From the IMG/VR virus record IMGVR_UViG_3300031964_000784: a stretch of 64,000 bases of DNA; one strand, 5' to 3'. Position 1 is the stretch's first letter. Every line of letters begins with the position of its first letter. The stretch is from a virus. Under the pieces are notes generated by a model. It saw nothing but the letters and a program-made list of their open reading frames with translations, did not search any database and was not told the DNA's origin. The position numbers were made by a program, and so were the translations under genes. This document shows positions 27,033 to 34,705 of the stretch, piece by piece.

Positions 27033-27227
27033 ATGAACATGAGAGCGCAGCCAGCGGAAGCAGCGGCCAGGCAAGCAAAACGTCCAGCCTACGGCATGGG
27101 AAGTAGTCAGGAGCGTTTTTACTATAAGACGCATGGCAAGCCATTGATGAAAGAGCCTGTGCAGCGGGAGCCTGACTTCGATCATGTCGAGCATCTTTGG
27201 CTGTCTTGTTGGCTAAGTCACCGCTGA
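27033..27227 (+). CDS. hypothetical protein
   Basis: RBS AGGAG. Confidence 0.5.
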   Translation: MNMRAQPAEAAARQAKRPAYGMGSSQERFYYKTHGKPLMKEPVQREPDFDHVEHLWLSCWLSHR

Positions 27228-27231
27228 CATA
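27214..27231. promoter_or_regulatory. palindromic operator
   Basis: TAAGTCA-CCGC-TGACATA directly upstream of the 36-bp repeat. Confidence 0.7.
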
Positions 27232-27236
27232 TTGCA

Positions 27237-27272
27237 GCCACAGACCGGTTGCGACAATGTAGTTATCGAAAC
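27237..27272 (+). repeat. 36-bp promoter/leader repeat, copy 1
   Basis: GCCACAGACCGGTTGCGACAATGTAGTTATCGAAAC; 31/36 identical to 28887-28922. Confidence 0.8.
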
Positions 27273-27290
27273 AAACAAGAGGTAAAAGAA

Positions 27291-27953
27291 ATGCAAACCA
27301 CAGTTTTCGAGTGGCGCGAAGATCGCGAGTTTGGCGGCGAGGGCTGGATACTCAAGGGCTTCCCAGACTTCAATGCAAGCCAGGGTATAGGCATCGCGCA
27401 CGACACGCTTGAACACTTCGCCGGTGGTGACGGTAGCCTGAGTCATGAAATGTTGGCCTTTGGCTCGATGCTGTACATGCGCGGCGAGAGTGGCTGGTTT
27501 CACCAGTACGGAAATGCGAGAGGCGCTGCTGACAACATGGGCAGCGATATCGCCCGGTTCCTGGACGAAATGAGCTATCAGGACATGGGGCTGCGCAACC
27601 CAGGCAGAACATACGCATTGCGGGATGGACTCGAAGACGATTTGCAGGCGATTCTGACCAAAGGCTTGAGCGACGCGAACGAGAACGCCAGATACAACGG
27701 CAGTGAAGTCGCCACTGTTTTCACCCGCGATTACAAGATCGAATGGATGGCCGGCTGGATGAGGCGTGGTTACAGAATGTGTAAGAAGCGCTGGCCTGGC
27801 GCGAGCGCATCCGACATGAGCTGGCTATTCAGACAGATCCAACGCGATATCGATCGGCGCTTCAAGGAAGGTAATCACTACGAGGAACTGCACGTTCGCG
27901 TCAATCCAACGACACGCGAATTCCAAATCAACCGCCGCTATCAGGATGAGTGA
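27291..27953 (+). CDS. hypothetical phage protein
   Basis: RBS GAGG; FEWREDREFGGEGW...GIAHDTLEHF. Confidence 0.75.
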   Translation: MQTTVFEWREDREFGGEGWILKGFPDFNASQGIGIAHDTLEHFAGGDGSLSHEMLAFGSMLYMRGESGWFHQYGNARGAADNMGSDIARFLDEMSYQDMGLRNPGRTYALRDGLEDDLQAILTKGLSDANENARYNGSEVATVFTRDYKIEWMAGWMRRGYRMCKKRWPGASASDMSWLFRQIQRDIDRRFKEGNHYEELHVRVNPTTREFQINRRYQDE

Positions 27954-27960
27954 GCCAACT

Positions 27961-28224
27961 ATGAGCGAAACAATCACAACATTGGATGCGCGCCGCATTG
28001 CAAGCGAATGGCATGACGGCCAGGCAAGTGCGCTGTACGCCTTCGGCAGCTCCGGTACGATCATTTCAGGCTTTCTCGGTGAAGTGCGCCGCGCCTGCGC
28101 GATGGCAGAAACACAGAAGCAAATGGGCCAGCTTGACGCCGAAGCCTATTGGGAAATGCAAGACCTGCTTGCTTTTGCCGAGTATTACTCCGACTCGCGC
28201 TATTCCGACATGCCGGTGAGCTGA
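27961..28224 (+). CDS. hypothetical protein
   Basis: ARRIASEWHDGQASALYAF.SSG pattern. Confidence 0.6.
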   Translation: MSETITTLDARRIASEWHDGQASALYAFGSSGTIISGFLGEVRRACAMAETQKQMGQLDAEAYWEMQDLLAFAEYYSDSRYSDMPVS

Positions 28225-28226
28225 CC

Positions 28227-28496
28227 ATGACCAGAATAATCATGGGCAGCCGCAGGGGCGAGCAAATCGAAAACATCGATGTCGGCGAGGAAATGACAAG
28301 GTGCGGACACTGTGGCGGGCGAACTGGAATTGCAATTCAAAACGATGACGGTAGCCGTGAGGAGACTTGCCTGGGCTGCGGTCAGCGTTACCACGTCGAG
28401 GACGAGACCTTCGTCGAATGCCAACAGATTGCGGCGACGCTTGAAACCAAGCGGAACCCTGCCGGCGCCAACCACCCCAATTTTGGAACATTTTAG
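28227..28496 (+). CDS. zinc-ribbon protein
   Basis: CGHC...CLGC. Confidence 0.55.
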   Translation: MTRIIMGSRRGEQIENIDVGEEMTRCGHCGGRTGIAIQNDDGSREETCLGCGQRYHVEDETFVECQQIAATLETKRNPAGANHPNFGTF

Positions 28497-28506
28497 GAGA
28501 ACGACC

Positions 28507-28872
28507 ATGATTTTGAACAAACAAGAAGCTGCATTGGTACTCGCCGGATTGCGTTTGCTGCAATTTGATCTTGAGTACAAAAGGGAGAAGTGGCCCAAAT
28601 TGTTTTTTCACATACTTGCCGAAGTCGAAGATACCGAAGGAATGATTGATAACATCGATCGCCTGTGCGAAGACAAGATCAACGTGGTGGCGGAGCCGGC
28701 CGATCTGGAAACAAAGGATGGCCGGATTGTTCGCCACATTCTAATTACCGGCAACCCGGTCGACGGCTTGCAGTTTACAGGCCCATTCAATTCTCAGGCA
28801 GAAGCGGACGATCAAGCCGAAGGGTATAGCGATACCGATTATTGGATTGCTGACCTACTTGGCCCGATGTAA
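28507..28872 (+). CDS. hypothetical protein
   Basis: RBS AGGAG; ILITGNPVDGLQFTGPF. Confidence 0.65.
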   Translation: MILNKQEAALVLAGLRLLQFDLEYKREKWPKLFFHILAEVEDTEGMIDNIDRLCEDKINVVAEPADLETKDGRIVRHILITGNPVDGLQFTGPFNSQAEADDQAEGYSDTDYWIADLLGPM

Positions 28873-28886
28873 CCAGCCAATTCAGA

Positions 28887-28922
28887 GCCAAAGTCTGGTT
28901 GAGACACTGTAGTTATCGAAAC
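28887..28922 (+). repeat. 36-bp promoter/leader repeat, copy 2
   Basis: GCCAAAGTCTGGTTGAGACACTGTAGTTATCGAAAC. Confidence 0.8.
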
Positions 28923-28942
28923 CAGACAACGAAAGAAACGAA

Positions 28943-29125
28943 ATGGGCGCACCTAGACCACTGACGTCCGAACTGATCGCAGAGATCGCCGAACACGCCG
29001 AAGCCAGCGGTGCCGATCTCAACGACATGATCCGCGCCTATCGACTCGGCGGAATGGATGCCGTTGTGAGCCACGGTTCCTTTGTGTCGATGCTGCCAAT
29101 GCTTACCTTTAGGGCCAAATTATGA
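28943..29125 (+). CDS. small hypothetical protein
   Basis: Follows the leader repeat. Confidence 0.5.
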   Translation: MGAPRPLTSELIAEIAEHAEASGADLNDMIRAYRLGGMDAVVSHGSFVSMLPMLTFRAKL

Positions 29126-29454
29126 CCAACGAACAACGCATTGAACTTGAACGGAAGATCGTTCGCCACCTGATCCGTGCCGCCAAAGAGGCCGGATGGA
29201 ACGTCTGCAAAGTGGACGACGGCGGCGATGAACTGGTAACTGTCCGCAATGAGACTGAGGCGATGGATGCAATCTTCGCCGTCGACGAATCACGCCTGAA
29301 GTTCACCAACGGCACAGTCAATCACACCGTCCTGATCGTCGGCGGCAACGGCATCGACATCATCGCGGATCACTCCTATGTCGACGGTGACGCCGACGGC
29401 TTTGAGGCATTGATGAACAGGGTTGCCGCATACGTGGAAACACTGGACGAATAA
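29122..29454 (+). CDS. hypothetical phage/MGE protein
   Basis: ERKIVRHLI...GW.V..VDDG...AMDAIFAVDE...GNG.DIIADHS. Confidence 0.7.
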   Translation: MTNEQRIELERKIVRHLIRAAKEAGWNVCKVDDGGDELVTVRNETEAMDAIFAVDESRLKFTNGTVNHTVLIVGGNGIDIIADHSYVDGDADGFEALMNRVAAYVETLDE

Positions 29455-29472
29455 TTGAATAGGAGAAGCAAC

Positions 29473-29646
29473 GTGGGAAAAATTGAAGTCAACAGTTACC
29501 TTTTCACCATGATGGCGATTGGCGCCATTGTTTTCTGGGGCGTGGTTGCCGTCTTCATCGGCGACATTCTTTGGTGGATTGTGCGCGCCGAAGTGATGCA
29601 GATCCACGCACGTATCGCCAACTGGCGTGATCGGAACAAGGTATGA
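29473..29646 (+). CDS. small membrane protein
   Basis: RBS AGGAG, GTG start, one TM segment. Confidence 0.55.
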   Translation: MGKIEVNSYLFTMMAIGAIVFWGVVAVFIGDILWWIVRAEVMQIHARIANWRDRNKV

Positions 29647-29999
29647 AAATCAACACTCACTACTTCAGCCAACATATCAAGAAGTATCGCAGGCTGACAA
29701 AAAGCGAACAGCGCAAGGTGGACAGGCAGATTGAACATTTTGGCGCCTTGTACAATTTCGCTCCAACCGCCCGCCAGGCAAAACAGGTGATCCAGGAACG
29801 CCTGAACTATCTGGAACAGAACCGGATCTCGGAGACGATCTACGGCTTTTTCACCGAAATCTATGAGGTGGAGATTCACGCCGAAGGCAAGTCGAAAGAA
29901 GAGCAGGACGCGGCGCTACAACAGGCGCTCGCCGAACACCGGGCAGGCAAGTCGGTTGCGCTGTACACATCCAATCTGAGTAGTCAAAACGATAAGTAA
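29643..29999 (+). CDS. hypothetical protein
   Basis: ATGA overlap. Confidence 0.6.
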   Translation: MKINTHYFSQHIKKYRRLTKSEQRKVDRQIEHFGALYNFAPTARQAKQVIQERLNYLEQNRISETIYGFFTEIYEVEIHAEGKSKEEQDAALQQALAEHRAGKSVALYTSNLSSQNDK

Positions 30000-30006
30000 G
30001 TTAACA

Positions 30007-30032
30007 AAAAGGCATGAGCGTTTATGCCTTTT
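30007..30032. terminator. probable bidirectional terminator
   Basis: AAAAGGCAT-GAGCGTTT-ATGCCTTTT. Confidence 0.6.
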
Positions 30033-30345
30033 CCATCGATTCGTAAATCCTCGGATAACTAATTGATTATAAACAACATTCTTCCAAGAAACGCGCATCC
30101 ACTGCACAAATACTGCACGTCCCTTTGAGACCGAAATGAGCGTTTTTAAACCTGATAACGCTGAGCTACCGCAAGCGCACCAGATCACACCAGAAACGAC
30201 GAACGCATGCAAGACGAACCGAACCGACTCAAACAAACAGAACCGCTCAAAACGTCTTTAAACGCATTTGGCAACATACCGCGAATTCGACCAAAGCCAT
30301 ACCTACCTTGCGACAATGAACTATCAAACCATGAAAGGGAAAACA

Positions 30346-30642
30346 ATGCAGCCTGACCCAGAGCAAATCAGAATCGCCGATAACATGAACCGGGAATACC
30401 CAGGCATGAGCAGAGAGGATGCGCTGAATCGCGCAAGCCAAATCCTGACCGGTATTGCAAACCGAGCAAAAGGAATCCTAGAGCCTGATCGCCCGAATCC
30501 GTATCAAACAGCTATACCGCCGAAGAAGAACACGCCAGAGCAAACACCGATCAGAACCAATCCGGCCAGAGCTACTGTCGGTGCCAAAGACCTGTACCAA
30601 CAAGGTATGATTGAAGCATTGAACCGATCAGGAGAGAAGTAA
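30346..30642 (+). CDS. hypothetical protein
   Basis: RBS-like AGGGA; A-rich coding strand. Confidence 0.5.
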   Translation: MQPDPEQIRIADNMNREYPGMSREDALNRASQILTGIANRAKGILEPDRPNPYQTAIPPKKNTPEQTPIRTNPARATVGAKDLYQQGMIEALNRSGEK

Positions 30643-30888
30643 ATGCAAGACGAACAAGATGAACCAGGAACACCACTACCGGAAGAGTTCACAGACCTGG
30701 CCGACCTACGTGAACGATTGAAGAAAGCAGGCATGCTGATTACCGACGCTATGGAAGCTAAAGAGCGGGAAACCGAACAGCAAGAGACACAGGCAGAAGA
30801 GATCAACGACTTCCTGACCCGCGTAACACCAAAGGAAGAACCAATCGTCATACCGTCGTTCAGGATCAAAACAGGGAGACTTGAATAG
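30643..30888 (+). CDS. acidic hypothetical protein
   Basis: Directly abuts the upstream stop. Confidence 0.5.
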   Translation: MQDEQDEPGTPLPEEFTDLADLRERLKKAGMLITDAMEAKERETEQQETQAEEINDFLTRVTPKEEPIVIPSFRIKTGRLE

Positions 30889-31393
30889 AGGGATATACGG
30901 GAGGGAAGATGCAAGGGGAAAGCGAGCGCCGGCGAGCGTGATTGCGTAGGGCTAGTCCTTGATCGGCAGGCCAGGCAATGAGAGATATGCGGGAGGGGAG
31001 GGCGCCTGGTGGGAGTGGGTATAAGTATGGGGAAAATAGGCGAGCGTGGTCGGCTTGTTCTTCGGCGCCTTCCTCCCAACTCTACTTACACATCACGCTC
31101 GGCAAGTCTCGCTCAACCACCCACCGCATCGATCGATCCTGCCACCCGCCAAAAACGCTCACGCTCACATCGCCGGCACAAATCACGTCTTACACATTGA
31201 TTATAGTCGGCATCAGGCTACCCAGAAATCATTATTTACAGAAAGACAGAATTCATGGAAAAGCTCAAAATCGCCATTCCGCGACGCAAACGACGTGCCG
31301 GCGTGATGCCGACCAAGACCGAGCGCGACAAGTCGAAGGATCATCAGCGGTTGGGGAAACACAAGCAGAAACCGGATCACTTGAGGCAGGACT

Positions 31394-31549
31394 GACTTGG
31401 GGCCGGAGCCTGCTCGACTTGGGGTTACATCGACTTGGGGCCGGTTTGGTGTACTTGGGGCCGGAGGCTCTATCATAAAGTCTTATTAAAACCTTTAAAC
31501 CTATTACTACTTACTTATTAAGGCGAAAGTATAAGATTCCCCCAAGTGA
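31394..31549. repeat. iteron-like array plus AT-rich core (candidate origin/packaging-related site)
   Basis: (G/T)ACTTGGGG(CCGG) at 31394, 31416, 31432, 31452; AT-rich 31470-31535; inverted CCCCAAGT at 31540. Confidence 0.65.
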
Positions 31550-31782
31550 TTTTCACCCCAACAATAGCGCGGCTCCAAGGCAACGACGGCGCCAGGCTTT
31601 TCATAAATTTCACGTACAGGCGGATCGACTCAAGCGGGCCTGCACGCGCTCCTCGGCGATTCACCGCTAGGCAGATACCGGAATCGTGCCGGGGCGACCG
31701 TCAGGCTGCTGAAATCAAGCCGAACCGGTGCCAAGACGCGATAGCTATACTGTCTTCACTCAAACAACACGCGACGACCATC

Positions 31783-31983
31783 ATGAAGCCACTTCTGCTC
31801 ACCATCTTGATACTGACAACCGGATCGGCATTTGCACGCGGCGGCCATTCAACATTACCAGGCGCCAAAATCGATGTCGTCCGATCCGACGCCGCAGTCA
31901 AGCATGCGGAATCGATCAGGAAGACGCGTCGTCAGGAAGAGCGCAATGAAAAGCGTCTTGAGAAGCTATTTGCCGCCCATTGA
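31783..31983 (+). CDS. small exported protein
   Basis: Signal peptide MKPLLLTILILTTGSAFA. Confidence 0.5.
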   Translation: MKPLLLTILILTTGSAFARGGHSTLPGAKIDVVRSDAAVKHAESIRKTRRQEERNEKRLEKLFAAH

Positions 31984-32008
31984 CATAAGTCACTACTTAC
32001 TTTAGTAT
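31980..32008 (+). promoter_or_regulatory. sigma70 promoter with operator filling the spacer
   Basis: TTGACA-17-TAGTAT; TAAGTCA-CTAC-TTACTTT. Confidence 0.8.
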
Positions 32009-32130
32009 TGCCGGTCACGGCAATATGACGTAAACGGCGAGATGAAACAAGCCACTTTGCAGCCTACATCAAACCATCAAACTTCAATTACTGCATCGGG
32101 TGATGCAGACAACCAGACAGGGAAGACATT

Positions 32131-32271
32131 ATGAGTGCAATTGACATCGCCTACTACCGTAAGAAGATCAAGCAAATGGGCCGCTGGATTGGCGCGCGCT
32201 ATTTGCGCAACAAGGGCATTTCGTTCGAGCAAGCCTATTTCATCATGTTCAACTGCCGGCCGAGGTATTAA
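32131..32271 (+). CDS. small phage protein
   Basis: RBS GGGA; G.WIGARYLRNKGISFEQAYF; 46 aa (below track cutoff). Confidence 0.6.
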   Translation: MSAIDIAYYRKKIKQMGRWIGARYLRNKGISFEQAYFIMFNCRPRY

Positions 32272-32273
32272 TC

Positions 32274-32459
32274 ATGGCGCATCAGCTCTATCAACTCTAC
32301 GCGGTGGCGTTTTATGTCGTTGGCGCCTTCGTATTGGCAGCAATTCCGGTCGGCGCCGTCTATGGCCTGGATTGGTGTCACCGGAATGGCAAGTTCGGTC
32401 TCGGCTGCCGGACGTTGGCTCGCATCACAAGGATGGCCTCAGTTCGCCATTATCCATAA
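32274..32459 (+). CDS. small membrane protein
   Basis: RBS GAGGT; one TM segment. Confidence 0.5.
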   Translation: MAHQLYQLYAVAFYVVGAFVLAAIPVGAVYGLDWCHRNGKFGLGCRTLARITRMASVRHYP

Positions 32460-32474
32460 GTCATGGGTGAGTTA
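32457..32474. promoter_or_regulatory. palindromic operator
   Basis: TAAGTCA-TGGG-TGAGTTA; TAA is a stop codon. Confidence 0.7.
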
Positions 32475-32780
32475 AGCCGGCTGTGCCGGCTTCTCGTTGC
32501 CCGTGAGCTTTCCTCGGAATTGAAAACAGGAGTCCTAAATCGCCAGGCCAGCCTAACGCTAGCGCTGCATAGCGCTGAAGTGTTGGAGCGCTATAGCGCT
32601 GTAGCGTTTTAGTGTTAAAGCGCCACAGAAACACAGATCCACGGATTTCATCATTCCTACATTTGACCTTCGGTCTTCTGCGAATCAGCCTGCCGCCGAT
32701 CACTGCTGCCTGGCATGGGTCTTCATACTTGAATCTATCGCAACTGATTGCGAATTAATTAACTCTTCAAGGAGAACATC

Positions 32781-33008
32781 ATGTTTCATGCCTCAGTAGT
32801 CAATTCCATCAATGCTCACTTTGCCAATGCTGCAAAATCGTTTCACGCCGTCCAATCGATCGCCGTTCCAGCAACACCGGCTGACGACACCTATCTGTCC
32901 GACTATGACCCGATCGGCTACGACCACTTCCAGGAGCGCGCCGAGGTCGACATGCTGCGCGGCCGTCCACGTCATGCCAGGTCGATCCTGATGGATAGTG
33001 GCTCGTAA
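32781..33008 (+). CDS. hypothetical protein
   Basis: RBS AAGGAG after CATACT/ATCGCAAC promoter-leader. Confidence 0.6.
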   Translation: MFHASVVNSINAHFANAAKSFHAVQSIAVPATPADDTYLSDYDPIGYDHFQERAEVDMLRGRPRHARSILMDSGS

Positions 33009-33412
33009 TAGCGCAACGCTGCCGGTAACGCCTAAAAGCCGCCTATTCAGGCGGCTTAGTCATTAGCGCTGGAGCCTATGTGGCGCCAACCTTATCAGGA
33101 GTGGCATTCCTGCACACATAAGGCGGTTTGGTCAGTTCGGCATCAAGCGCTCGGATCGGCGCCTAAATGCGTCAAATCCTAGGATCGGTCGAAAATCCTC
33201 GGAATCGCCTACTGATATGAATGTGCAGGCGTGCATGTGCGAATATCATGCTTTTATTTGGAGCGTCAAGTGATTTTTACGTGTCCGCGTTAAAACAACA
33301 TGCAAAAATAAATCACACAAAAGCATGAAAACATATTGCATGAGAAAATAAAGCATGAGACTATGTGTCTACTGTATCGCGTGATGCAGACAACGAGATA
33401 AGAAAGCAAATC

Positions 33413-34195
33413 ATGACAACATCGACAACTAAAGCGCTGAGTGAAAAACAAATCGCCGCAAACGTAAAACGCGCCGCGACACTCGCAGCGAAGAAACTTG
33501 TAAAAGAGCAAGAAATCGCAACACTTGCCGCGCTCGAAGCATTGGTTCAACCTGAAACACTAGCAGCAATCGAACCTGAAGCGATTGAAGCAATCGCTGA
33601 AGAAACAAGCGAAGAAAAGCCCGGTTTTTGCGCTAAGTGGTTGATGGTCTTGAATTCGCGTATCGCTGAAGTGTATAGCAAGGACACAGAAAACGTGATT
33701 AAGTACATCACGAAATCGAGTGTTGCAATTGACAACACTGCATCAAAGCCACACTTTGCTGAAATCGCACGCACTATCATTGTTAAGTCACGTAATGCAG
33801 ACAACAAAACAAACAAACGCGATTTTGTTGCCGTCAAAGTGCTGGTGAAAGTCGCACATATCATGTGCGCGCTCGGCCAAGGTTTGAAAAGCGAAATTGA
33901 CAATCACACACAGATTATCGGCCACCAATTGCGCAAATTGATTTACTTGACGGCAATAACTGCAAAGGTAATTCAATGCAAACGCATTGTGTATGATGAA
34001 ATGGATACAGTGCAACAAATCGACCTGAAACACACTGCGAACTACCGGGAGGGTACAGTATCAACACAGGTATCTAGTTCGCGCCAGGCTCTTGATATTC
34101 TCGGTATTTGCTCAATCGTCAAAGGCAAGAAAGATGATGTTATCTCATTGCAAGAGAACGATCGCCGCAATGATTTTGTTGCATTGTTCGCATAA
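33413..34195 (+). CDS. hypothetical protein, remote paralog-like to 22723-23595
   Basis: 260 aa, AT-richer codons; FVAVKV.VKV...GTVSTQVSSSRQAL.ILGI. Confidence 0.75.
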   Translation: MTTSTTKALSEKQIAANVKRAATLAAKKLVKEQEIATLAALEALVQPETLAAIEPEAIEAIAEETSEEKPGFCAKWLMVLNSRIAEVYSKDTENVIKYITKSSVAIDNTASKPHFAEIARTIIVKSRNADNKTNKRDFVAVKVLVKVAHIMCALGQGLKSEIDNHTQIIGHQLRKLIYLTAITAKVIQCKRIVYDEMDTVQQIDLKHTANYREGTVSTQVSSSRQALDILGICSIVKGKKDDVISLQENDRRNDFVALFA

Positions 34196-34210
34196 GTCAC
34201 GACTGAGTTA
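34193..34210. promoter_or_regulatory. palindromic operator
   Basis: TAAGTCA-CGAC-TGAGTTA; TAA is a stop codon. Confidence 0.75.
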
Positions 34211-34264
34211 AGCAAGCGGGTAAAACCGCTTGCAATCAATCAAATCACTATAGGTTATACCATC

Positions 34265-34441
34265 ATGTCAGATTTTTACTTTGTCGCGCTAATCGAAGTT
34301 TTAAACGAATCGCAAGACCATGCAAACGTATTGCGAGCGCGCGAACAGATCAAAGCGAACCGGGTGGAGGCGATCAAGCGCGCACAGATCAAGCAAAAAG
34401 AATATCTTCAAAGAGATTTCACAGTCATCGATAAGAAGTAA
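34265..34441 (+). CDS. small hypothetical protein
   Basis: 58-aa ORF (below track cutoff). Confidence 0.45.
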   Translation: MSDFYFVALIEVLNESQDHANVLRAREQIKANRVEAIKRAQIKQKEYLQRDFTVIDKK

Positions 34442-34461
34442 CAAAACAATGTCAAGTGAGA

Positions 34462-34479
34462 TAAATCATTAGTGACTTA
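34462..34479. promoter_or_regulatory. palindromic operator
   Basis: TAAATCA-TTAG-TGACTTA. Confidence 0.7.
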
Positions 34480-34705
34480 TACGCAACGCTTGACAGGTTG
34501 AATGAGGAAAGGGCTTGACGGGGCAGAGGAATGAAAGTCCTAGAAGGATTCAGGCCCCTTGGTGGCCCTGCCTTCCTCGTTCCGACCCTGGAAATGAGAC
34601 CCTTATAGAAATTCCGGGAAAATCCGCCGGAGACTCCTTATAGATTCTTGCCGCGTGCTAACATCTATCCGCGCTTTGCTCACTGACCCGCAGCCACGGA
34701 GAAAA

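Noticed and set aside
31394-31464. Possible mini-CRISPR array
   Set aside because: Repeats are only 9-13 bp with 3-9 bp gaps, far below CRISPR repeat/spacer sizes, and no cas genes are present; iteron-like instead.
30978-31478. 166-aa ORF across the G-/C-rich and iteron region
   Set aside because: Low-complexity translation, no RBS or motif, and it overlaps the repeat array; probably non-coding.
32460-33410. Frpo-like single-stranded DNA promoters of a conjugative leading region
   Set aside because: Hairpins are present, but no relaxase, oriT or T4SS genes occur in the window and phage DNA enters double-stranded; ordinary dsDNA promoters explain the signals.
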